A stretch of 14,334 nt of DNA, taken from the UHGV virus genome UHGV-2204358. One strand, given 5' to 3'. This DNA comes from a virus. The position numbers and the translations under genes were made by a program. Shown in pieces: positions 1 to 7,133 of the stretch. Numbering within the stretch: the stretch's first letter is position 1; every line of letters starts with the position of its first letter. The notes under the pieces are model-generated. The model had not been told where the DNA came from. It saw only the letters and a list, made by a program, of their open reading frames with translations, and did not search any database.

Positions 1-441
1 CTGGAAAGGCTGGGCCATACTCCTCCGGCAGAAGCAGAAAAAGCTTATTATGCTTCCATCGGAAACGATGATCTGGCAGCCTGAGTTCACAGATAAAATA
101 CTCTCCAGGAAACCCGGGGCGGTTCAGTGCTGGGAAGTCTGCGAATTAGAGAAAGCGTAAGCAAGATTGGGGGGAAAATCGGTAAACGTTTGGGCCATGA
201 AAAACAATGGTCACTACACGACCTTAGAAGAACGCTATCTACTCATCTAAGTGATCTCGGTGTTGAATTTTATGTAGTAGAACAACTGTTAGGCCATGCG
301 CTACCTGGCGTGGCGGGTGTTTACAACCGGAGTAAGTTTATGGCTAAAAAACTGGATGCTCTGGAACTCTGGACTACATATCTCAATAGCATCGCAGGTG
401 CTGATTCAAAAGTGACAATCCTCAAACAAAAGGCTGGTTAA
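1..441 (+). pseudogene. P4-type tyrosine integrase, C-terminal catalytic region only (ORF 127..441 from GTG); upstream reading frame interrupted, so probably a truncated or frameshifted integrase remnant
   Basis: Translation 127..441 shows the tyrosine-recombinase C-terminal signature (HDLRRT ... LLGHALPGVAGVYNRSKF). In-frame stops at 82-84 and 94-96 prevent upstream extension. Frame 2 upstream contains LSRKPG, which may be the displaced preceding integrase segment. Confidence 0.6.
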
Positions 442-442
442 C

Positions 443-673
443 ATGAAAAAAATGGCAATTGTTGATAAAAAGGGTCTGGAGTACATTCCTAACATCGATC
501 GTATGATCCGTGAGAAAGAATGTCGGGAGCTAACCACTCTTGCGAACAGCACACGCTGGAAGCTGGAGAAGGAAGGAAAATTTCCTAAGCGGATCAAGAT
601 TGGTTCCACTGCTGTTGCATATCGTCTTTCAGAAGTGCAGGCATGGATTCGAGGTGAGTGGGAAACGACTTAA
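443..673 (+). CDS. alpA: AlpA-family phage transcriptional regulator / excisionase-like HTH protein
   Basis: 76 aa ORF starting 2 nt after the integrase stop. Motif ELTTLANSTRWKLEKEGKFPKRIKIGSTAVAYRLSEVQAWI matches the AlpA (Phage_AlpA) helix-turn-helix pattern. Confidence 0.75.
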   Translation: MKKMAIVDKKGLEYIPNIDRMIREKECRELTTLANSTRWKLEKEGKFPKRIKIGSTAVAYRLSEVQAWIRGEWETT

Positions 674-690
674 CTATTAGGTGGGGCATT

Positions 691-1512
691 GTGGCTATAT
701 TTCATTATACAGATCTTTTTGGTTTGAAAGGTATATTAGACTCTAATTCTTTATGGGCTACAAATATATATTTCTTAAATGATAAAGAGGAGTCTAACCA
801 TGGATGTGAATGTTTTCGAAATACAATTAAAATAGTTGATGATAATATCATCCCAAAAGATAAGAAAACTATTTTGCTCAAGTCTCTTGACATGTATGAG
901 AAAGGGAAGTTACAAAAAGAAAAAGGGATTGATAAACATGTTTATAGCATATCTTTTTGTAAAGAAAACGATAAGTTAAGTCAGTGGAGAGGTTACGGAA
1001 ATAAACAGGGCGTTTGCATTGAATTTGATGCGGATGAACTTGTGAGTTTTTGTCAAAATATTTATTTAAATTGTGTTGCACATGATGTTATATATTCAAA
1101 TAATGACGATATTACAAAGATGAGTAAGGAGTTGGATGAGTTTTTTTCTTGTAATGGTATTAACATTAAAGAAATGAATGATCATTTTGTAACAATGGTC
1201 TCTACGTATCAATTTATATCTAAATATATCCCATTTTTTAAACATCCTAGTTTTATCGAAGAAAATGAATTTAGACTGGTGTTTACTCCGTGGATACAAA
1301 TGCCAGATGTGAAATTTAGAATAAATAATAATGGTATCATCCCTTATATCATTATTAATAATAAAGATAATAGAAAGTTACCAATTAAAAGCATTACAAT
1401 TGGCCCGACAAGCGATTATGATTTTATTGAGGCTGGTATAAAAATGTTTTTGGATTCAAGAGGATTTGGTTCTGTGGAAATTAAATCCTCATCAATTCCA
1501 TTCAGGGGGTAA
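691..1512 (+). CDS. DUF2971-like protein in AT-rich cargo segment; candidate accessory or anti-phage gene
   Basis: Long ORF (track 658..1512). Start most likely GTG 691, with AGGTGG 6 nt upstream at 679-684. N-terminal FHYT...GILDSNSLWATNIYFLNDKEE, mid SISFCKENDKLSQWRGYGNKQGVCIEFD and FKHPSFIEENEFRLVF resemble DUF2971 signatures recalled from memory. Sequence is visibly AT-rich, suggesting foreign origin. Confidence 0.6.
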   Translation: MAIFHYTDLFGLKGILDSNSLWATNIYFLNDKEESNHGCECFRNTIKIVDDNIIPKDKKTILLKSLDMYEKGKLQKEKGIDKHVYSISFCKENDKLSQWRGYGNKQGVCIEFDADELVSFCQNIYLNCVAHDVIYSNNDDITKMSKELDEFFSCNGINIKEMNDHFVTMVSTYQFISKYIPFFKHPSFIEENEFRLVFTPWIQMPDVKFRINNNGIIPYIIINNKDNRKLPIKSITIGPTSDYDFIEAGIKMFLDSRGFGSVEIKSSSIPFRG

Positions 1513-1557
1513 GGATTAACACTCTTAATCTATGATATTATAAAAATGGTAGATAAA

Positions 1558-1577
1558 GGCGACCAGAATTGGTCGCC
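1558..1577. terminator. Perfect 8-bp inverted repeat (GGCGACCA GAAT TGGTCGCC) between convergent genes; probable bidirectional or minus-strand intrinsic terminator
   Basis: Stem-loop seen directly. On the minus strand it is followed by a T-rich run (TTTATCTACCATTTTTATAAT). It lies 46 nt after the plus-strand stop at 1512 and 67 nt after the minus-strand stop at 1644. Confidence 0.45.
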
Positions 1578-1643
1578 AATGTGAGTATATAGTTAGCCTT
1601 AATCAGAATACGAGGTTATCGCCTGATAGGCAATGTGAACAGT

Positions 1644-2000
1644 TCAATATTTAGGTGGTTCAACAAGAGCGTTTATCATTGCTCTCAAATTATCGCGAAC
1701 ACTTATCCAAGTCTGTTCTGCTCGTTCTAACTCATCAGTGTACAACTTTAATGTTTTATCTATGCCATATGTGGCTATTAAATTTATAGCTTCTTGTAAT
1801 TTTTCGGGATTATTCCTTCTTGGGGGAGTGAATATACCGCGGATTTTTCCGGTAATTAAAGCTTTACGGTGTCTACATAGAATACCTTTACTTCCTGCTG
1901 GACAATTACAAGTCATGATTAGAGAGCCAGAATCGTTTGATACAGTGACTATGTATACATCCAAACTACTGCTACTTGTTGCGAAGAATTCGTATTTCAT
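1644..2000 (-). CDS. Small SWIM-type zinc-finger protein (C-x-C-x9-C-x-H), unknown function
   Basis: 118 aa ORF with strong RBS (AAGGAG, 7 nt before the ATG at 2000). Motif CNCPAGSKGILCRH fits the SWIM zinc-finger pattern CxCxnCxH. Lies 27 nt downstream of the RHH gene on the same strand (operon). Confidence 0.6.
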   Translation of the reverse strand: MKYEFFATSSSSLDVYIVTVSNDSGSLIMTCNCPAGSKGILCRHRKALITGKIRGIFTPPRRNNPEKLQEAINLIATYGIDKTLKLYTDELERAEQTWISVRDNLRAMINALVEPPKY

Positions 2001-2027
2001 GTGTTAGCTCCTTGACTTCAATTATTC

Positions 2028-2219
2028 TTATCCTTTTGGTTCAATACCGCGCCGTAGCAGCTCTTTGCGCCCTAATTCTTTAAGCCAGTTGGCTAGGCTT
2101 ATGCCGTCGCTCTGCGCTTCTTTGTCGAATTGCTCTTTTAGCTCTGGAGAAATTCGCATTCTGAATTGTGGAGATTGCCCATCACCCTTAGGACTTTTAT
2201 CGCGTTTGATCGTTGACAA
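2028..2219 (-). CDS. Arc/Mnt-like ribbon-helix-helix DNA-binding protein; candidate repressor or antitoxin
   Basis: C-terminal translation SPQFRMRISPELKEQFDKEAQSDGISLANWLKELGRKELLRRGIEPKG matches the Arc-type RHH pattern (PQFnlRlp.elke....A...g.S.N). Start is uncertain: TTG at 2219 with AGGTGG upstream, or ATG at 2159. The long 2028..2342 ORF in the track is probably an over-extension. Confidence 0.55.
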   Translation of the reverse strand: MSTIKRDKSPKGDGQSPQFRMRISPELKEQFDKEAQSDGISLANWLKELGRKELLRRGIEPKG

Positions 2220-2265
2220 GTGACCACCTATTGAATTAGCCTTTTCATTGTTAGGTGACCACCTT
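2220..2265. promoter_or_regulatory. Divergent promoter/operator region with two direct copies of GTGACCACCT (2220-2229 and 2256-2265)
   Basis: Repeats seen directly in the intergenic region between the minus-strand RHH gene and the plus-strand replication operon. A TTGACA hexamer lies at 2213-2218. Confidence 0.3.
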
Positions 2266-2358
2266 AACACGGAGGCACTTAAAAAAGCAAAGCCCGAAGG
2301 TGCTAGGAACACCAACGGGCTTCTAACCACCAACGATAGCAACAGTATCGAGGTAGCT

Positions 2359-2562
2359 ATGAGAAATCATACCACACACCCGCAAGGGCGGGACCCGCAC
2401 AACCTGAATAAATACATCTGGCGTTTTATCGCCCTGAGTACGGCACAACCGCGCGTGATTACCATCGAGGCCGCCAGCGAACAGGAAGCCCGGCTGCAAT
2501 CCCCAACTGGCTACGTGATGATATTCGCCGCCCGTATTCGTCAGGAGGTGTGCCATGAATGA
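2359..2562 (+). CDS. Small Icd-like (host cell division inhibitor-like) protein typical of P4-like satellites
   Basis: 67 aa from ATG 2359 with GAGGT RBS. Sequence MRNHTTHPQGRDPHNLNKYIWRFIALSTAQPRVITIEAASEQEARLQSPTGYVMIFAARIRQEV resembles, from memory, the small proteins annotated Icd-like in enterobacterial P4-like elements. The track ORF 2248..2562 is probably over-extended. Confidence 0.5.
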   Translation: MRNHTTHPQGRDPHNLNKYIWRFIALSTAQPRVITIEAASEQEARLQSPTGYVMIFAARIRQEVCHE

Positions 2563-2779
2563 TCTTTATTTTAAAGTGCTGACACATGCTGAAAACGCGC
2601 TCGTTTGTGGCAAAAATATGCGAGAAATCTTATCAACCTGGCTTGATGGGACAACAAATGCGGAACACGATGAACGGGATGCTAATTTAGCTGGAGCGTT
2701 AATTACGTTACTTGATCCTGTCATCAAAGAGCTGGATGAAGCTATAAAAATACACGACCAGAGCTATACCGGAGAATAA
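2555..2779 (+). CDS. Hypothetical small protein (74 aa), translationally coupled to the upstream gene
   Basis: ATG at 2555 overlaps the upstream stop (ATGAATGA). AGGAGG RBS at about 2543-2548. No recognisable domain. Confidence 0.55.
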   Translation: MNDLYFKVLTHAENALVCGKNMREILSTWLDGTTNAEHDERDANLAGALITLLDPVIKELDEAIKIHDQSYTGE

Positions 2780-2782
2780 AAA

Positions 2783-3070
2783 ATGAAAAATAAATTTTCT
2801 GGCTTTATTGCCAGCGGTCAAACTCATTCAAAAATCAGCCTTGGGGATATTTTCAAAGACAGCTATGGCTATCGGGTAAAGATTATTTCGGTTGATGATC
2901 GTCGTGTCTCTTATTTGCGTGATGGTTATGATTTTGAATGTGTTATGCCGCGTCAGCAGTTCGAAAGAGATTTCATTCTGGTAAAAAATTGCAAGACAGA
3001 TAATCAGAGGCGTGCCGCAGGCTATATCCGTAAAATTCGGGCAATGTTAGTTGCCGGAGGTAACAAATGA
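2783..3070 (+). CDS. Hypothetical small protein, DUF4222-like
   Basis: 95 aa ORF with GGAGAA RBS. Pattern YGYRVKIISVDDRRVSYLRDGYDFECVMPRQQFERDF resembles DUF4222 prophage proteins (recalled, not searched). Confidence 0.55.
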   Translation: MKNKFSGFIASGQTHSKISLGDIFKDSYGYRVKIISVDDRRVSYLRDGYDFECVMPRQQFERDFILVKNCKTDNQRRAAGYIRKIRAMLVAGGNK

Positions 3071-4887
3071 AACGTGCTCCGAACTTAAAATACCAACCGC
3101 GCGACAAAATGACGGAAGTCATCATTTTTGCTGGCAGTGATGCCTGGAGCCATGCAAAAGAATGGAATGAATGGGCAGGTAAGCATATTGCAGCAGATGA
3201 TACACCACCAGTCATTCTGGGTACGGAACAACTGGAAAACCTGGATGATATGCAAATTATCGATGAAGGCCGTCATTATGTGCGTGTTTATCGTGCCGGA
3301 AAGATTGCAGAGAAAAGTCTGACGAAGGTTGCGACATTACTTGCTATTGCAGGCGTAAAGGAAGCACGTTGTTACCGTAGCTTTGTTGATCGAGAGCCTG
3401 AAGACTGGACTCCGCGCCTTGTCGGCCTAAAAGCTGAAGCGGAGCATGGGGAAAGTCTGGTGATTGAACTGCCAGTGAAGAAGGCAGAGCGCAAAAATGA
3501 CGAGCGTGCTTCATCTTTGGCGTTGAATCAGATGGGGGCCAGCCAGCGCGGTGAAGTTCTCCTTGCACATTATGGCGGTGAACTGGCAATCAATGCCGAC
3601 TCTGACACCGTTCATCATTACAACGGCGTTGTATGGGAGCCGGTTCAGGATAAAGAGTTACAGCGTGCTATGGCGCAGATTTTCATTGATGCGGAGATCA
3701 GCTATTCGCAGAACGCTATTAAATCGGCGGTAGATACCATGAAGTTAAGTTTGCCTGTAATGGGGAATACAGCCCGTAACCTGATTGGATTCAGTAACGG
3801 GGTATTTGATACCAGAACTGGTAATTTTCGGGAGCATAACAAAAACGACTGGTTGTTAATTGCCAGTGAATTACCTTTCAGCCCACCAGCAGAGGGGGAA
3901 ACGCTGGCAACACATGCGCCGAATTTCTGGAAGTGGTTGCGCCGTTCGGTGGCTGAGAATGACCGCAAGGCAGATCGCGTACTGGCGGCATTATTCATGG
4001 TGCTGGCGAACCGGTACGACTGGCAGTTATTCATTGAGGTAACAGGGCCGGGGGGAAGTGGTAAAAGTGTGATGGCGGAGATTTGCACCATGCTGGCGGG
4101 TAAGGCTAATACAGTATCAGCAAGCATGAAGGCGCTGGAAGATGCAAGGGAACGTGCGTTAGTGGTTGGCTTTTCGCTGATTATCATGCCGGATATGACC
4201 CGCTACGCTGGTGATGGGGCAGGGATTAAGGCCATTACAGGCGGTGACAAGGTGGCAATTGACCCGAAACACAAAGCCCCCTATTCAACGCGTATTCCGG
4301 CAGTAGTGCTGGCGGTTAACAATAACGCCATGTCATTCAGTGACCGCAGCGGGGGGATCTCACGTCGTCGGGTGATATTCAATTTTTCGGAAGTTGTACC
4401 GGAGAACGAACGCGATTCGATGCTGGCGGAAAAAATAGAAGGTGAGCTGGCGGTAGTGATTCGTCATCTGCTTACACGGTTTGCTGATCAGGACGAAGCC
4501 AGACGCCTGTTATATGAGCAGCAGAAATCTGAAGAAGCACTGGCGATAAAGCGAGAGGGGGATTCGCTGGTGGACTTCTGCGGCTATCTCATGGCATCGG
4601 TAATGTGTGATGGCCTGTTAGTGGGTAATGCTGAAATTGTGCCATTCAGCCCACGCAGGTATCTCTATCATGCCTATCTGGCTTATATGAGGGCACATGG
4701 GTTTGGTAAACCTGTAACACTGACGCGCTTCGGTAAAGATATGCCGGGGGCAATGGCGGAATATGGCAGGGAGTATATGAAACGGAAAACGAAGCACGGT
4801 TTGCGTTCAAACGTGACACTGACGGAGGAATCAGAAGACTGGATGCCATCATGTGTATCGGTCACTAATGACGATAGCAAAAATTAA
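3067..4887 (+). CDS. Satellite replication protein: P4-alpha/D5-type primase-helicase (COG3378-like) with P-loop NTPase domain
   Basis: 606 aa ORF. Walker A motif VTGPGGSGKSV. Start ATG overlaps the previous stop (ATGA) with GGAGGT RBS. Followed immediately by an iteron array, the classic pri/rep-ori arrangement. Confidence 0.85.
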   Translation: MKRAPNLKYQPRDKMTEVIIFAGSDAWSHAKEWNEWAGKHIAADDTPPVILGTEQLENLDDMQIIDEGRHYVRVYRAGKIAEKSLTKVATLLAIAGVKEARCYRSFVDREPEDWTPRLVGLKAEAEHGESLVIELPVKKAERKNDERASSLALNQMGASQRGEVLLAHYGGELAINADSDTVHHYNGVVWEPVQDKELQRAMAQIFIDAEISYSQNAIKSAVDTMKLSLPVMGNTARNLIGFSNGVFDTRTGNFREHNKNDWLLIASELPFSPPAEGETLATHAPNFWKWLRRSVAENDRKADRVLAALFMVLANRYDWQLFIEVTGPGGSGKSVMAEICTMLAGKANTVSASMKALEDARERALVVGFSLIIMPDMTRYAGDGAGIKAITGGDKVAIDPKHKAPYSTRIPAVVLAVNNNAMSFSDRSGGISRRRVIFNFSEVVPENERDSMLAEKIEGELAVVIRHLLTRFADQDEARRLLYEQQKSEEALAIKREGDSLVDFCGYLMASVMCDGLLVGNAEIVPFSPRRYLYHAYLAYMRAHGFGKPVTLTRFGKDMPGAMAEYGREYMKRKTKHGLRSNVTLTEESEDWMPSCVSVTNDDSKN

Positions 4888-4900
4888 ACTTATGGAATAA

Positions 4901-5123
4901 CTGTTCACCACTGTTCACCCTGTCATAAATATCTTTTATATCAGTATATTATAGGGTGAACAGTTATTTATGAACTGTTCACCAAACTATTCACTGTTCA
5001 CCTTTTTGATTGTTTATTGAGCTTCAAGGGTGAACAGTGGTGAACAGTTGGTGAATAGTTTTTGTGAAACTGTTTACCCATTAACATTATGAATTAAAAG
5101 AGAAAATATCAAAAGGTGAACAG
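4901..5123. repeat. Iteron-type replication origin: at least 9 copies of 9-bp CTGTTCACC / GGTGAACAG in both orientations with AT-rich spacers
   Basis: CTGTTCACC at 4901, 4911, 4975, 4994. GGTGAACAG at 4955, 5029, 5039, 5115. Variants GGTGAATAG at 5050 and CTGTTTACC at 5070. Tandem pairs at 10-bp phasing. AT-rich stretch 4921-4954. Sits directly downstream of the primase-helicase gene. Confidence 0.7.
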
Positions 5124-5174
5124 ATGAAGGGTTAAAACGCAAAAATTTTAATTTACTGCTGTGAGATAAAGCCT

Positions 5175-5420
5175 ATGACAGCGAAGCACACAAAAAAATC
5201 ACAATCGCACGCCCTTGATTTGACGGAATACTGGTTAAGGGTGTCGATAAAAATCATCGACCGCAACGCCGGGGAAGGATACGCGAAAGCACATCCCGAA
5301 CTGATTAGCGCATTCATGACAACGGCGGCTGCAAACTTTGCCACTCTGACCGAACGGGAGATTGCTGAAGCGGAGGAAGTGACAACAATCAATATTAAGT
5401 CCGGAGAGCAGGCCGCATGA
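5175..5420 (+). CDS. Hypothetical protein (81 aa)
   Basis: ORF whose stop overlaps the start of the SSB-like gene (ATGA). No recognisable domain. Confidence 0.5.
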   Translation: MTAKHTKKSQSHALDLTEYWLRVSIKIIDRNAGEGYAKAHPELISAFMTTAAANFATLTEREIAEAEEVTTINIKSGEQAA

Positions 5421-5866
5421 CGGCGCAAATATCAGTTTACGGGCGGTCGGTGGACGACCCGCAGACAAAACAGACCAGCAAGGGCACCCCCATGACGTTG
5501 GCGCGTATGGCGGTATCACTGCCCTGCAGTCAGTCGGATGACGGTCAGGCGACGATGTGGTTATCTGTCCTGGCGTTTGGCAGACAAGCCGACGCGCTGG
5601 CAAAGCATCACAAAGGCGAACTCCTGAGCGTGGCGGGTAACATGCAGATGAGCCAGTGGACTGGACAGAACGGCGAAACGCGGCAGGGCTGGCAGGTTAT
5701 CGCAGACAGCGTAATCAGTGCGCGATCGGTGCGACCGGGCGGCAATAAAGGCCAACAGGGGCAGGCTACTGACGCACTGAACAGAGCAAAACAACAGGCA
5801 GATCAGCAAGGAAGCCAGCCACCAGTGGGAGATAATGAGCAATGGGGAGATGATATCCCGTTTTAA
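5417..5866 (+). CDS. ssb: SSB-like single-stranded DNA-binding protein with conserved C-terminal acidic DDIPF tail
   Basis: 149 aa. OB-fold-like N-terminal region (ISVYGR...TMWLSVLAFGRQA...GNMQMSQWTGQNGETRQGWQVIADSV), Gly/Gln-rich linker, and the protein ends in WGDDIPF, the hallmark SSB C-terminal tip. Confidence 0.75.
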   Translation: MTAQISVYGRSVDDPQTKQTSKGTPMTLARMAVSLPCSQSDDGQATMWLSVLAFGRQADALAKHHKGELLSVAGNMQMSQWTGQNGETRQGWQVIADSVISARSVRPGGNKGQQGQATDALNRAKQQADQQGSQPPVGDNEQWGDDIPF

Positions 5867-5885
5867 ATATTGCCAATAAAAAAAG

Positions 5886-5909
5886 GCCGGAAAAAATAAA
5901 TTTTCCGGC
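5886..5909 (+). terminator. Stem-loop (GCCGGAAAA AATAAA TTTTCCGGC) after the SSB-like gene; probable intrinsic terminator
   Basis: 9-bp inverted repeat seen directly, 20 nt after the stop at 5866. Separates the replication operon from the capsid-gene pair. Confidence 0.45.
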
Positions 5910-6083
5910 ATGCTACATAAATCCCGACCAAAGGGAGTGAAGATATTAACACTAATTGTCCGCACTGAAGTTGTCACCCCAAAACTTTATACAACATTGC
6001 ACTCGGTTGCATGTGTTCGCATGACAAATATCGGTGATAGCATATATCCACAATTATTTTTAATGAATGCAAAGAGGATGCGT

Positions 6084-7124
6084 ATGGTTGATTTATATTC
6101 GCCTACTCAGCTTGTACAGGTGGTTAATGCTGTAGATGTACAAAAAAAATTAAATGCGTTGTTTACCAGTTTGTTTTTCACTCGCTCGGTAATGTTTGAA
6201 TCGAGAGACATTATTCTTGATACGATCGACGATCCAAATATCCCGATCGCGGCGTTTTGCTCTCCTATGGTGGGCAGTAAAGTTTCACGAGATGAGGGAT
6301 ACGAATCAAAAACAATTCGTCCAGGTTATATGAAGCCGAAAAGCAGCATTGATCCAAATAAGTTAGCTGTGCGCCCTGTTGGTGTGTCACCTGAGCAATA
6401 CAATGCTTTTGGGGCGCGTAATATTAAAGTTAAACAGGCGATTGTAAATCAGGCTAAAGCTATTCGTGCACGTATTGAATGGCTTGCTGTTCAGGCAATC
6501 ACAACGGGGAAAAATATCATTGAGGGCGATGGTATTGAACGTTATGAGCTGGACTGGAATATAAAACCACAAAATATCATCACTCAGTCTGGCGGTACTG
6601 AGTGGTCAGGTAAGGATAAAGAAACTTTTGATCCAAATGATGATATTGAGAGCTACGCAGAATTTAGTGAGGGCGTCACTAATATCATCATTATGGGTGG
6701 TAATGTATGGAAGAAATACCGTTCATTCAGAGCGATAAAAGAGGCTTTGGATACCCGTCGTGGTTCTAATTCCGAACTGGAAACGGCCCTTAAAGACCTT
6801 GGTGATTCGGTGAGTTTTAAAGGGTATATGGGCGATGTTGCGATTGTTGTTTACAGCGGGCGTTATACCGACGAGGACGGAACAGAAAAACATTTCCTTG
6901 ATCCTGATTTGATGGTGCTTGGCAATACGGCTCTTCAGGGGATTGTCGCCTATGGCGGTATTCAGGATCCGGAGCTAATCCGAATGGGGCTGACTAAAGC
7001 CGAACTTGCACCGAAAAACTATATTGTGCCTGGTGATCCGGCTATTGAATATGTGCAGACACATTCAGCACCACAGCCAATACCGGCCCGCATCAATCGT
7101 TTTGTTACCGTTCGCATTGGCTAA
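6084..7124 (+). CDS. Lambda gpE-like major capsid protein homolog (Phage_cap_E family), diverged copy encoded by the island
   Basis: Translation aligns along its length with lambda gpE (GYMKPK, ITQSGGTEWS, DTRRGSNSELETA, AIVVYSG), at roughly half identity by eye to the prophage E copy at 9861..10649. Start placed at ATG 6084 (AAGAGG RBS, matches the gpE N-terminus MVDLYSPTQL). The track start at 5910 gives an unsupported N-terminal extension. Confidence 0.85.
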   Translation: MVDLYSPTQLVQVVNAVDVQKKLNALFTSLFFTRSVMFESRDIILDTIDDPNIPIAAFCSPMVGSKVSRDEGYESKTIRPGYMKPKSSIDPNKLAVRPVGVSPEQYNAFGARNIKVKQAIVNQAKAIRARIEWLAVQAITTGKNIIEGDGIERYELDWNIKPQNIITQSGGTEWSGKDKETFDPNDDIESYAEFSEGVTNIIIMGGNVWKKYRSFRAIKEALDTRRGSNSELETALKDLGDSVSFKGYMGDVAIVVYSGRYTDEDGTEKHFLDPDLMVLGNTALQGIVAYGGIQDPELIRMGLTKAELAPKNYIVPGDPAIEYVQTHSAPQPIPARINRFVTVRIG

Positions 7125-7133
7125 GGGGGAGCA

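Noticed and set aside
2248-2358. Upstream extension of the Icd-like ORF, and the long 2028..2342 minus-strand ORF
   Set aside because: The two extended ORFs overlap each other head to head. Homology and RBS positions support the shorter genes (2359..2562 and 2028..2219), leaving a divergent promoter region between them.
3702-4187. 161 aa minus-strand ORF inside the primase-helicase gene
   Set aside because: Fully embedded antisense in a strongly supported gene. No RBS or recognisable motif.
4901-5123. Short repeated motif array that could be mistaken for a CRISPR array
   Set aside because: Repeats are only 9 bp, occur in both orientations with irregular spacing and no unique spacers of consistent length, and sit directly after a replication gene. 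Iteron origin is the better explanation.
5910-6083. N-terminal extension of the capsid ORF from ATG 5910
   Set aside because: The extension has no similarity to gpE, starts inside the upstream terminator hairpin, and lacks an RBS. Homology and the RBS support the start at 6084.
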